NCBI RefSeq assembly: GCF_964194155.1
Contig: NC_135901.1
Coordinates: 26,970,001 to 27,034,000 of the forward strand
Source of the DNA: Cetorhinus maximus
Lineage: Eukaryota
Reading direction: 5' to 3'
DNA: 64,000 nt
The stretch's first letter is position 1, and each line of letters opens with the position of its first letter. This document shows positions 25,438 to 36,950 of this stretch, in pieces. The notes under the pieces were generated by a model, which worked only from the letters and a program-made list of their open reading frames with translations, did not search any database and was not told the DNA's origin. A program made the translations under genes and the position numbers.

Positions 25438-26448
25438 ATGGAGAAACCGTGGAAATGTGGGGACTGTGGGAAGGGATTCAAAGCCCCGTCTGAGCTGGAA
25501 ACTCATCGGCGCAGTCACACTGGGGAGAGGCCATTCACCTGCTCTGAGTGTGGGAAGGGATTCACTCAGGTATCCCACCAGCAGAGACACCAGCAAGTTC
25601 ACAGCGGGAGGAGACCGTTCACCTGCTCTGAGTGTGGAAAGGGTTTCGCTGATTTATCCGCCCTGCAGATGCATCGGCGAGTTCACACCGGGGAGAGACC
25701 CTTCACCTGTTCTGAGTGTGGGAAGGGATTCATTCAGTTATCCCACCTGCAGATACACCAGCGAGTTCACACCGGGGAGAGACCCTTCACCTGTTCTGAG
25801 TGTGGGAAGGGATTTAGTGATTCATCCACATTGCTGACTCACCAGCGAGTTCACAGCGGGGAGAGGCCATTCACTTGCTCTGAATGTGGGAAGGGATTCA
25901 CTCGGTCATCCTACCTGCTGACACACCAGCGAGTTCACACCGGGGACTGGCTCATCTGCTCTGAGTGTGGGAAGAGATTCACTCGGTCATGTGACCTGCT
26001 GGCACACCAGCGGCTACACACTGGGGAGAGGCCATTCACCTGTTCCGTGTGTGGGAAGGGATTCATTCTGTCATCCACCCTGCAGACACACCAGCGAGTT
26101 CACACTGGGGAGAGGCCATTCACCTGTTCCGTGTGTGGGAAGGGATTCACTCGATCATCCCACCTGCTGAGGCACCAGACAGTTCACACCGGGGAGAGGC
26201 CATTCACCTGCTTTGAGTGTGGGAAGGGATTCACTCGGTCATCCCATCTGCTGACACACCAGCGAATTCACACCGGGGAGAAGCCATTCACCTGCTCCAA
26301 GTGTGGGAAGGGATTCAGTGATTCATCCTCCCTGCTGAGACACCAGCGGGTTCACACCGGGGAGAGGCCGTTCACAGGCTCTGAGTGTGGGCAGGGATTC
26401 ACTTGTTCATCCGAGCTGCTGACACACCATGATAGTCACACTGATTAG
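25438..26448 (+). CDS. C2H2 zinc-finger protein, 12 finger units with the last degenerate (G4)
   Basis: 336-aa ORF with accATGg start. The next finger (RTFRCSDCG) is cut by an LTR. Confidence 0.88.
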   Translation: MEKPWKCGDCGKGFKAPSELETHRRSHTGERPFTCSECGKGFTQVSHQQRHQQVHSGRRPFTCSECGKGFADLSALQMHRRVHTGERPFTCSECGKGFIQLSHLQIHQRVHTGERPFTCSECGKGFSDSSTLLTHQRVHSGERPFTCSECGKGFTRSSYLLTHQRVHTGDWLICSECGKRFTRSCDLLAHQRLHTGERPFTCSVCGKGFILSSTLQTHQRVHTGERPFTCSVCGKGFTRSSHLLRHQTVHTGERPFTCFECGKGFTRSSHLLTHQRIHTGEKPFTCSKCGKGFSDSSSLLRHQRVHTGERPFTGSECGQGFTCSSELLTHHDSHTD

Positions 26449-26475
26449 AGAACTTTTAGATGCTCTGACTGTGGC

Positions 26476-27620
26476 TGTTAATTGTATCAATTGAGGTTAA
26501 GTATATACAGGTGGACATCATGGATTGGATAGTTACTTGAGCACATATAAAGAGACCCTTACTGACATAGAGTGTAGTGGAGTCAGGAGATATATACCTG
26601 TAATGTTTCACTCAGTGAATAAATCTATACAAAGCAAAGACTGGCTCCAGTTTCCTCCTTCACCATCAGGCTGTCAGGATTATAACATGGTAACAGAGAA
26701 TGCTTGTCTAAAGGTGAAGGTTGGAAACTAAAGGAAAATAAAATTTCAGACAGAAACTTACAACCTGAATAGCTTTTGTGAGAAATGGCTGAAAGCAAGT
26801 GGGAATTGTCAGGGTCTGATTACCCGCCGATGTTCTCGGAGTCTGAGCCACACGACCAGTGGAAGAATGAAGTGGATATGTGGACACGGGTTACGTCCCT
26901 ACCAAGGAGGAAACAAGGTCTGGTCTTGGCATCGTCATCTCCCAACAAAAGTAAAATCAGAAGCAAAGTATTTAGTGAGCTGGATACTGGTCAATTGGAT
27001 ATTGATGAAGGTTTGGATCTTTTATTCAGGTTCACTGATGAGATTTGCAAGAAAGATGATCTATTGGATGCCTATGAAGCATAGTTGGACTTTGACATGT
27101 TTTGAATGAGGGTGAAAGTATCCTTAGCATATCTGGAAATCACAGCAAAATACAGGATTGGAACAGCACTAATAGGTGAATGAACCCCAGGAATGACCAG
27201 GGAATAGTTAACAGGTGTTTCAGGTCTGGCTCAAAATATCATTATGTGATGAACTGCCCAAAGTGGAAAATCAGGGTCTTCGAAGTGACACATGATACAG
27301 AGAATTCTGAGGCTGAAGATGATGATGATGATCACTCTGAAGGAATTGTACTAGTCACAAGGAGCTTTGGTCCAGTGATGAGTATGTTAGTCACAGACTC
27401 ATTCAACTGTGCTGTGTTAGACAGTGGCTGCACCTCGTCAGCATGTGGATTAGATTGGTGAACATGTTACCAAGATTCACCTCGTACTGAGGATCGACAC
27501 AAGGTTAAGGAGTGTGAAAGTTTTACTTGTCTTGGTTTGGTGATGTCAACACACTGAAGTCACGAAAAAGAGTGGGGATTCCCTGCAAAATACCTGGAGT
27601 CAGCCTCTTTATCAGTGTAA
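26476..27620 (+). mobile_element. Ty1/Copia (GalEa-like) LTR retrotransposon 5' fragment
   Basis: 212-bp LTR TGTTAA...ATAACA (26476-26687) with AATAAA, then PBS tggtaacagagaatg similar to the initiator tRNA-Met complement. Gag DYPP...DQWKNEVDMW, degenerate knuckle CFRSGSKYHYVMNC, and protease AVLDSGC. Confidence 0.8.
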
Positions 27621-28009
27621 TCTGTTAGACTTCACCTCGATGACACATTTGTGTAATTAATAAGGCTTATATTACCAAATTGTACTGTATGTAAGCTTAA
27701 AGATGAACAGTCTTCAATTGCCTGGCTCTTTCAGTTCCAGATACTGTAATGTAGCTTTAAGGAAAAAAAAACTGGTGTTAAGGTCAGGAAGGGGTCAGAG
27801 CACCAGGTGTTCCAGGACACCCTGTTTAGATACAAGTTATAGTTCACAGGTCGAAGGGACTCCAAGCTGATTGGCTCAATTTGTTGTGGGGAAATGAGGA
27901 ACACTTTTCCCATTGGTCAAGAGTCACAAATATTTGTTTAAGAAGTTGTTAGTTTTGTTGAACAGCTGCACCAACATGGGTTAAATGTTACAAAGTTACC
28001 TTCAAAAAG

Positions 28010-28390
28010 GTCCATTTGGTAACTCGAGTCCATGCTGACTCTCTGTAGAACAATCCAGTCAGTCTCATTCCCCCTCTATATCCCCGTATCCCTGCAAGTT
28101 TATTGCCTTCAAGTGCCCATCCAATTTTCTTTTGAAATCGTTCATCATCTCTGATTGCACCACCTCATAGGCAGCGAGTTCCAGATTATTCTCACTCACT
28201 GTGTAAAAAAAGCTTCTTCCTCACATCCCCCCCCCACATCTCTCACTTAAAACCTTCAACCTGTGTCCCCTCGTCCTCGGCGTGAACAGCTTTTCTTTGC
28301 CCAGCTGATGTAAACCTGTCATAATCTTGTCCACCTCTATCAAATCTCCCCTCCACCTCCTTTGCTCCAAGGAGAACAGTCCCAGCCGGA
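28010..28390 (-). mobile_element. CR1 3' fragment
   Basis: Reverse complement of ttctccttggagcaaaggagg...gggagatttgatagagg plus the CR1 3' UTR. Confidence 0.7.
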
Positions 28391-30975
28391 ACAAAGAAAC
28401 AAGATATGTTCATGTCTGGAATAAAATGGGAATGTTTACAATTCCACTGGGCAGTGAAGGAATTGGAATAATTCACCTTGGGTGTAGTTGAATGGAATAG
28501 ATCAATCTGGTATCCATGTAGATTCTAGTGAAATTCAGGGAAGTGTAGACAAGATGAATAAGTCGATAGCTTTCTCTCGGAAATGTTTATATCATTTGCC
28601 TCTGAACCCTTTTTTAAAAGAAAACCACAGTTGGAATCCTGGCCACTACCTGAAATATCGGGACTGCACAGAGTGAGATCAGCAAAGCTCTTGAGGCAGA
28701 CCCACCGTCCCACCACACACCCCAACCTCCACCGCCCCCATGAACTTCAGATAAGATAACATGAAAGTCAAAAAATGTCTGGCATGCTATTGGGATACCA
28801 GTGTACATGCAGATGTGATTTGTTAGATGTTAAGCAACTAATAGGAGGAAATTCATGGTGAAATACATGGAGGAGTCCCAAACATACACAGTGACTTGAC
28901 AAACAGTATGACATGAAATGGTTAATGTGGCCAGAGGAATGAGACAACATTTTGATGTGATCAAGGCACTGACACACGCTCCAGAGAGAAACTGACTTTA
29001 AAACAGTCAGGATAGAATTAAAGACACCAGTCATGGTTGAAAAGTGAGTAAAACTAAAGTGAAAGGGATAAAAAATTATGGATTGGAACAACTGAGGGCT
29101 TGGGAGAAATAATCCTGAGTGAGAACTTTCCACAAGTCGGACAGGGGTAAGGAGAGAGTTGGAGAATCTTTTACATCCATGCTTGATCTGTAGCTTGAAG
29201 CATACGTCCTTATGTACGAGTAACCTAGAACTCATGGCGCTCCTTCAGGAGAAGATAAGATCGAGTAGATGTTACCCCAGGCGGGGCCAAAACAGAACTG
29301 GAAAATAACGGAGTGAAATTGAGTGAGGGGTCGGAGAGAGAGATCTCCTGCCCCTTAAGGTGTGGACTGTAAGAATCCTGGGGTCCCCCTACTTCGGGTT
29401 TTCTTGCTAATTAGTGAACACTGAATTAAAAACTATGACTGGCTGTGCATTGATTTTTAATTTGATTGTTACACTTCTGTTTTTATTCCTGTTGTGATTA
29501 CTCTCGGGGTGAGAATGGTTGACAGGTGACAGGATGGGGAATTGTGCTTTGGGTCTTCGTTGACCAAATGTTTTATTGATCCGAAAGGTGTAAAAGGGGC
29601 CAAACTTCAGCAGAAATCTGGCAGAGCTGAGAACAGACGACTTGCTATGTGGGAACAGGGAGATGAACAGCTCCCAGAGGACAGAGAAATCAAGAGTGCC
29701 TTGAATCCTAGATGACACCTGGGTGTCAAGGCCACCATGTTTTCACTGCTTGGCATGGGAATGCCGACTCCCTGTACCGGGGACGGAGCGTGGGAAGCCA
29801 ATTGTTTGAGAGTTTTGACATGGCTTGGGCAGGTACAGATGATTCAATGACAGGTTTTGTAATTGGTCCGTTCAAATGTTAGCTCAGCAATGATTGGGTT
29901 AAATCAGTCTCCATAGACTTTGTGATGTAAAAAAGTATCAGAAGGGATTCCCCGAGCACAGAGATTTGTAGAGGTTTTACATATTGCATTGACTGGTGCC
30001 ATGGCATCTGGGGCAGAGCAGGGAGCATTGACGTGGAGATGGTGCTTCTACCCAGAGTGTAATGGTAATGCTGCTGCACTTTGATACTACTGCTCAGACA
30101 TGAGCAAGTGTCAGATCTTATTTATACTGAATAAAATCTAACCACTGTCACCAATAAGGGTTATCACTGTGAATCATTTCAGAGTTTGGAAAAGGGGATA
30201 AAGGGTTAATTGACTCCCTGACCCCCATTTTCTAACATCGCTGTGTCAAAAATAAAATCTCATCTCCCCCTCTGGCTCCTCTTCCAATTACCTTAGAGGG
30301 ACTCACTTTCTGTTAAAGAGCCTGCCAACCCCTCTCACCCACTTTCCCTAAAGTGCAGAAATCTAATCATGAAAAGTCCAGAAAAATCAAATAATTTTAC
30401 TGATAAAAGTTTATTGATGAAACAGAACATGATTAAAAACCAAACAGAAAATTACTTGAGGATCAAAGACAACCAGAGTAAAAGGATGTGCACAATGTTC
30501 TGGACCCAAATGGTTTCTCTTCGGCTCCTCTGTACCCTGTTCCCGTGACTCCCCGCTTTGGACACAGGGGCACTAAACCCCGGGGGTTGGGTCACCATCA
30601 GCACCGGTCACCCCCTCCCGTGTCCCGATTGGTTGGAGGCCCATTTCCCAGTCAGTCCTCCAGCACCTTCCTGTCTCTCTATCAGTGTGACGCCCATGGC
30701 AGTTTCCCAACTGGGGCGCAGGTCCCGTTATTCTCAGCTAAATTCAGCCCTCAGCTCTGTCGCCTGGCTGTCATTGACACGAGCAATGGGGAGACAGGAA
30801 GATGCTGGAAGCTCATATGGGAAGTTGAAACTGGTGGGCTGAACCAACACTTCAACATTTGTCAGTTAAATGCTTGTATTTTATACGGGCTTTTACTCTT
30901 TAGATGAATGCACTTGGGGGGAAAGGGTGGGGGCTTCTAAAGGGTAACTTTCCCTTTCTAACTCTGTATTGTCTA
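28390..30975. repeat. Spacer module X, copy 1
   Basis: Highly similar to 39480-41283 plus 42810-43381, and to the reverse complement of 58835-60712. No recognisable TE protein. Confidence 0.85.
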
Positions 30976-30981
30976 TAATGT

Positions 30982-31405
30982 CAGCCGTAGCTCAGAAGGT
31001 TGTTGGTCCAAGTCCCAGTCCAGGGACCTGAGGACAAAAATCAAATCCAACATTCCAAGTGCCAGCACTGAGGGAGTGCTGCACTGTCAGAGCCGCTGTC
31101 TTTTGGATGAGGTGCTAACCCAAGGGCCCCTGCTGCAGCTTCAGCTGGACTTAGAATTTCCCATGGCCACTATTTTGAAGAAGGGCAGGGGAGTTATTCC
31201 CGGTGTCGTGACCAATGTTTATCAATCAACATCACTTAAAAACAGATCATCTGGTCATTATCACATTGCTGTTTGTGGGATGTTGCTGTGTGTAAATTGG
31301 CTGCCGCGTTTCCTACATTACAACAGTGTCTGCACTTCGAAAGTACTTCATTGGCTGTAAAGCACTTTGGGGCGTCCTGTGGTTGTGAAAGGCGAGATGC
31401 AAGTT
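30982..31405 (+). mobile_element. DeuSINE/SacSINE1-like tRNA SINE with a partly deleted head
   Basis: gccgtagctcagaaggttg...gagggagtgctgcactgtc...aaagtacttcattggctgtaaagcactttgggg...gaaaggcg. Confidence 0.8.
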
Positions 31406-31896
31406 TTTCAATTCAAGAACTATGTTACCTAATCTTGTTCACTGTTACTTAATTGATTTCAGCCACCCTCAACTCTTTTTCATTCATTTATGGGATGTGG
31501 GTGTCGCTGGCCAGCCCAGCATTTATTGCCCATCCCTAATTGCCCTTGGCATTTCATCAATTCACTTTGGTTCGGACAAGACTTTAACCTATTTAGGCAA
31601 AGGCAGAATTCTCTGGGTAGTAAATTTAAAAAGAAGTTTATTAAAAGAAAAATGTTCACTTCACAACTTTAGGACATTGACTTTTACAACTTCATGTGGG
31701 TGATCAGTCCGTAGAAGCGTAACCCTCTCTGGCTCCTTCTCTGACAGTAAATCTTGCGGGAGTCTGGCTCCTTCTCTGACAGTAATTTTCTTGGGACGCG
31801 GCCTCAGGAGTCTTCAGAACTTGGCCTGCAAGGGAGACCTTCAGAACCAAGATTCCAACCTTCACCATTCGGCAAGCAAGCATTCTCTGTTACCAT

Positions 31897-33894
31897 CGAA
31901 AAGTTACAGCACAGAAGGAGGCCATTCGGCCCATCTTGTCCATGCCAGCCCGAGGACACCCAGGTGCCCTTTCCAATCCCACCTCCCTGCACCCGGCCCA
32001 TAGCCCTGCAGCTTACAGCACTTAAGGTGCAGATCCAGGTACTTTTTAAAAGAGTTTAAAGTTTCTGTCTCTACCACCAACTTGGGCAGCGAATTCCAGA
32101 CACCCACTACCCTCTGCGTAAAAAAGTTCTTCCTCATGTCCCCCCTACACCTTCTGCCACTTATCTTGAATCTATGTCCTCTGGTTCTACAATTCTCCAC
32201 CAAGGGAAACAATTTTATCCTGTCCACTCTATCTATTCCCCTCATAATTTTGTACACCTCAATCAAGTCACCTCTCAGCCTTCTTTGTTCCAAGGAAAAT
32301 AACCCCAACCTATCCAATCTCTCCTCGTAGCTACACTTTTCTAACCCTGGCAACATTCTTGTAACCCTCCTCTGCACTCTCTCCAGAGCTATTACGTCCT
32401 TCCTGTAATGAGGTGACCAGAACTGCACACAATACTCCAGCTGTGGCCTCACCAGTGTTTTATACAATTCCAACATTACACCCTTACTTTTATATTCTAC
32501 ACCTATGCCAATGAAGGAGAGCATTCCATATGCCTTCTTTACAACCTTGTCTACTTGAACTGCTGCCTTCAGGGACCTGTGTACTTGTATGCCAAGATCT
32601 CTCACTTCATCTACCCCTCTTAGTATATTCCCATTTATTTTGTAATCCCTGTAACTGTTTGACCACCCTAAACGTATGACCTCACACTTATCTATGTTAA
32701 AATCCATCTGCCACATTATCGCCCACTCCACCAACCCATCTATATCGTTTTGGAGATTATGGCTATCCTCTACACTATCCACTACTCGGCCAATCTTTGT
32801 GTCATCTGCAGATTTCCCAATCGTGCCCCTTACGTTCACGTCCAAATCATTAATATATAACACAAACAGCAAGGGTCCCAACACCAAGCCCTGTGGAACA
32901 CCACTTGAGACAACTTTCCATTCGCAAGGGCATCCATCGACCATTACCCTTTGTTTCCTGTTACAAAGCCAACCTTTTATCCGGTTTGCCACATTACCCC
33001 GAATCCCATGGGCTTTTACTTTCCTGACCAATCTGCCATGGGGGACCTTGTCAAATGCCTTTCTAAAATCCATGTACACAACATCCACTGCACTACTTTC
33101 ATCAACCCTTCTTGTCACTTCCTCAAAGAATTCAATCAAATTTATGAGGCAAGACCTTCCTTTAACAAATCCATGCTGGCCATCCCTGACTAGTCCATGC
33201 CTTTCCACATGACAGTTAATCCTATCCCTCAGGATTGATTCTACTAATTTGCTCACCACCGATGTAAGACTAACTGGCCTATAATTGTTTGGTTTTTCCT
33301 TTGATCCCTTTTTAAACAATGGAACTACATTTGCATTTCTCCAGTCCTCCGGTACCTCCCCTGCATCGAGTGAAGATTGAAAAATCATCCTCAGAGCATC
33401 TGCTATCTCCTCCCTGACTTCCTTCAGCAGCCTCGAAAACAATCCATCTGGCCCTGGTGATTTACCAACTTTCAAGGATTTCAATCCTTCGAGTACTTCC
33501 TCTCTCTTTATGACTATCCCGTCCAATATCTCGCAGTGTTCCACCTGAACTACTAGATCTACATCCTCCCTTTGTAAACACACAGACAAAATATTCATTC
33601 AGAACCCTTCCCACAGCCTCTGCATCTACACAGAAGTTTCCATCTTCATCTCTGATAGGCCCCACTTTTTCCTTAACTAACCTTTTAGCATTAATGTATT
33701 GGTAAAACATCTTTGGGTTATCTTTAACTATACTTGCGAATCTTTTTCCATGCCCTCTCTTTGATTTCCTTATTTCTTTTTTTACTTCGTCCCTGCACTT
33801 CCTATATTTGTTTAGGCTATCTGCAGTGCTTAGTTCTTTGTGCCTATTGTACACTTTCTTTTTCTGTTTGATCTTCCCCTGTATTCCTCTAGGC
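31897..33894 (-). mobile_element. Young CR1 LINE (~2 kb, near-intact RT) inserted at a Copia PBS
   Basis: 564-aa ORF with KSPGPDG, NYRPVSLTS, QHGF, DF.KAFDKV and GVPQG motifs, plus a frameshifted upstream ORF. TSD accat at 31892-31896 and 33895-33899. Confidence 0.92.
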
Positions 33895-33898
33895 ACCA

Positions 33899-34110
33899 TG
33901 TTATAATCCTGACAGCCTGACAGCGAAGGAAGAAACTGGAGTTAATCTTTACTTGGCATAGATTTATTCACGGAGTGAAACAATTCAGGTATATACCTCC
34001 TGACACCACTCCACTCTATGTCACTAAGTGTCTCTTCATATGTGCTCAAGTAACCATCCAATCAATGCCCTCCCCCTGTATACACTTAACCACAGTTGAT
34101 ACAATTAACA
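33899..34110 (-). mobile_element. GalEa-like Copia LTR, second copy; PBS and leader displaced to ~31852-31895
   Basis: Reverse complement of 26476-26687 (tgttaattgtatcaac...ggctgtcaggattataaca). The PBS complement aagcattctctgttacca lies beyond the CR1. Confidence 0.85.
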
Positions 34111-34197
34111 TTTATAGTCCGAACAGAAAAGGGCTCTAACTGAAGTACTTCCATGGAGACTCAGGAAGTTGGATGAATCAGTGAATCCGTTCCCTCA

Positions 34198-34287
<90 letters not shown>

Positions 34288-35064
34288 TCAGGTGAACGGA
34301 CTCCCTCCAGTGTGAATTCGCTGGTGTCGCAGCAGGTTGGTTAACCGAGTGAATCCCTTCCCACACATGGAGCAAATGAATGGCCTCTCCCTGGAGTGAA
34401 TTCGCTGGTGTGTCAGCAAGTGGGATGACTGAGTGAATCCCTTCCCACACTCCGAGCAGGTGAATGGCCTCTCCCTGGTGTGAACTCGCTGGTGTGTCAA
34501 CAGGTAGAATGATCGAGTGAATCCCTTCCCACACTCAGAGCAGGTGAACAGGGTCTCCCCAGTGTGAACCCGCTGATGTGTCAGCAAGTGGGATGAAAGA
34601 GTAAATCCCTTCCCACACTCAGAGCAGGTGAACGGCCTCTCCCCGGTGTGAATGCGCTGGTGTGCCAGCAAGCTGGATGACTGAGTGAATCCCTTCCCAC
34701 ACTCAGAGCAGATGAATGGCCTCTCCCCAGTGTGAACTCGCTGGTGTGTCAACAGGTGGGATGAAAGACTGAATCCCTTACCACACATGGAACAAATGAA
34801 AGGCCTCTCCCTAGTGTGAACTCGCTGGTGTGTCTGCAGGTGGCATGACTGAGTAAATCCCTTCCCACACTCAGAGCAAGTGAATGGCTTCTCCCCAGTA
34901 TGAACTCGCTGGTGTTTCAGCAGGGTGGATGACTGAGTGAATCCCTTCCCACAATCGCAGCAGGTGAATGGCCTCTCCCCGGTGTGACTGCGTCGATGAA
35001 TCTCCAGCTCCGATGGGGCTTTGAATCCCTTCCCACAGTCACCACATTTCCATGGTTTCTCCAT
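34288..35064 (-). CDS. C2H2 zinc-finger protein, 9 fingers, prematurely stopped (G5)
   Basis: ORF from MEKPWKC ends at a TGA replacing a finger Cys. Further finger sequence continues to ~34115. Confidence 0.85.
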   Translation of the reverse strand: MEKPWKCGDCGKGFKAPSELEIHRRSHTGERPFTCCDCGKGFTQSSTLLKHQRVHTGEKPFTCSECGKGFTQSCHLQTHQRVHTRERPFICSMCGKGFSLSSHLLTHQRVHTGERPFICSECGKGFTQSSSLLAHQRIHTGERPFTCSECGKGFTLSSHLLTHQRVHTGETLFTCSECGKGFTRSFYLLTHQRVHTRERPFTCSECGKGFTQSSHLLTHQRIHSRERPFICSMCGKGFTRLTNLLRHQRIHTGGSPFT

Positions 35065-36014
35065 GATGCTCAGTTGAAGCCTCAGCCACACACAGAACAC
35101 ATGTGCGTTCTCACTCTGCTTTGAACAGTGCAATGTATTTTCACAATGTGTAACTGGTTAAAGCACTTTCCACAGTCAGTGCACTGGAACACTCTCACTT
35201 GGGTGTGTGTGTCTCGGTGCTTTTCCAGTCACACTGATGTTTAAAATCTTTAGAAGCAGACAGAGCAGACCAACATTTCTTCTAGCTTCAAAGGCAGATA
35301 TTCAGATCCTGATGATTCAAGTGACTGTCAGATCTTGATCTTACCTTTGGTTTGAGATATTTGTCTACAAATCCTTCCCTTCTAATATCCTGTAAAAGAA
35401 GTTTACAAAAATCATCACTGTCAATACAGGATAGAAATTGAGACAATTCTCATTTCTATGGAACATTCTTTCCTCTCTCATTCCCCAAAAGGTGCAAGTC
35501 TCCGTCCCATACACTCTCCCTCCACTCTCACTCTGCTCTACCCAATATACACTCTCCCAATTCCACTGAAAGTGCGGATTTAAGCTGATCAATAGATCCA
35601 TGCTCACCACTTCCTGTCCAGTTCACAGAGATGTCAAAATCATATACACATATAGTACTGGACTAAAATGTCTGGACATTTTGGACCTTTTTTGAATACA
35701 CAAATGGTTGGCAGTCAACAGCTCATGGTTGCATTCACCATGCCAATGTTTCAACCAATCAAGGCTTGCTTGCCAACCAAACAGCACCCATTACTCATGC
35801 AGCATAAATTGTTATTCCCTTTGAAATTTGGTATTCTTTTGTCTGTCCTGATGAGGTAAAGATGAAAAGCTTCTGCAGCTTGTCTCTTTCTACAGCAAAA
35901 CTTAAGTTCTGTACAAGCAAACAGCTATTAATATTCGAAGACTAGAAATAATAATAAATGTTCTTTATTACAGAACCATAAATAATTTATCTAATATGTA
36001 CCATATAACAACAC

Positions 36015-36950
36015 GAGACATATCTCTGTTCGATATTAATTTACTGTTCCCTTAAATGTCAGCCAACTCCTGGGGAAACCACCCCTTTAATTGTGAACAT
36101 TAGGAAAGAGACCATCCTTTTAGCCAGACAAATAAATGTGTCAAGCTGAGGGAGCAAAGGATGTCAATGTCTTTAAGAGAGAGAGAGAGAGACCTGGGCC
36201 AACCTTTCCAGAGTCTGCACCCTCCCTGGATTCACTTCCTTTCCCTTCAGTTCCTGCAAGTCAACAATTTCCCCCCAGAATGAGAAAAGAAATGGAAAGG
36301 GGGAGAAAAGAAAGTGTTTTACTCACAGATGTTGGACACAGGAGGAAGTTTTAGTCTGTGTGAAGCTCAATCTTCATTCACACAAAGCCCGCGCTCTGAT
36401 TGGCTGGAGGACCAGAGTCCTTCCGGTCCTCCAACTCTTCCTATTGGTCAGCTTCTCAGCATGAAGGGAAGGGGCGGGCTCCCGTGTCCGCGAGCCTGGC
36501 CTGCAGACTGGAACTCGAGGACGTCACCGCGGAGCAGGGTGATTCCTATTGGCTGATTCAGGCAGGGTTCCATTGTGGACGTCACAATGCGGAAGTTGGA
36601 CAATGAGTTTCAGACTAAAACTTCCTCCTCTGGGCAACATCTGTGAGGAAATCAATGTTTCCCCCTTTCCATTTCTTTTCTCATTCTGGGGGCAAATTGT
36701 TGACTTGCAGGAACTGAAGGGAAAGGAAGTGAATCCAGGGAGGGTGCAGACTCTGGAAAGGTTGGCCCAGGTCTCTCTCTCTCTCATAAAGACATTGACA
36801 TCCTTTGCTCCCTCAGCTTGACACATTTATTTGTCTGGCTAAAAGGATGGTCTCTTTCCCAATGTTCACAATTAAAGGGGTGATTTCCCCAGGAGATGGC
36901 TGACATTTAAGGGGGAAGTAAATGAATATAAGACAGGGATATGTCTAGTG
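36015..36950. promoter_or_regulatory. Bidirectional promoter cassette 3 with an internal core deletion
   Basis: Inverted arms at ~36046-36304 and ~36660-36916. The core keeps CCAAT, CRE and ETS motifs but lacks the NRF1-like segment. Confidence 0.85.

Noticed and set aside
36136-36354. Recurrent ORFs MCQAEGAKDVNVFKRERE... and MFYSQMLDTGGSF... in the promoter arms
   Set aside because: They read inward, antisense to the ZNF transcripts. The frame of the first changes with (GA)n length, and recurrence reflects DNA duplication rather than coding constraint.
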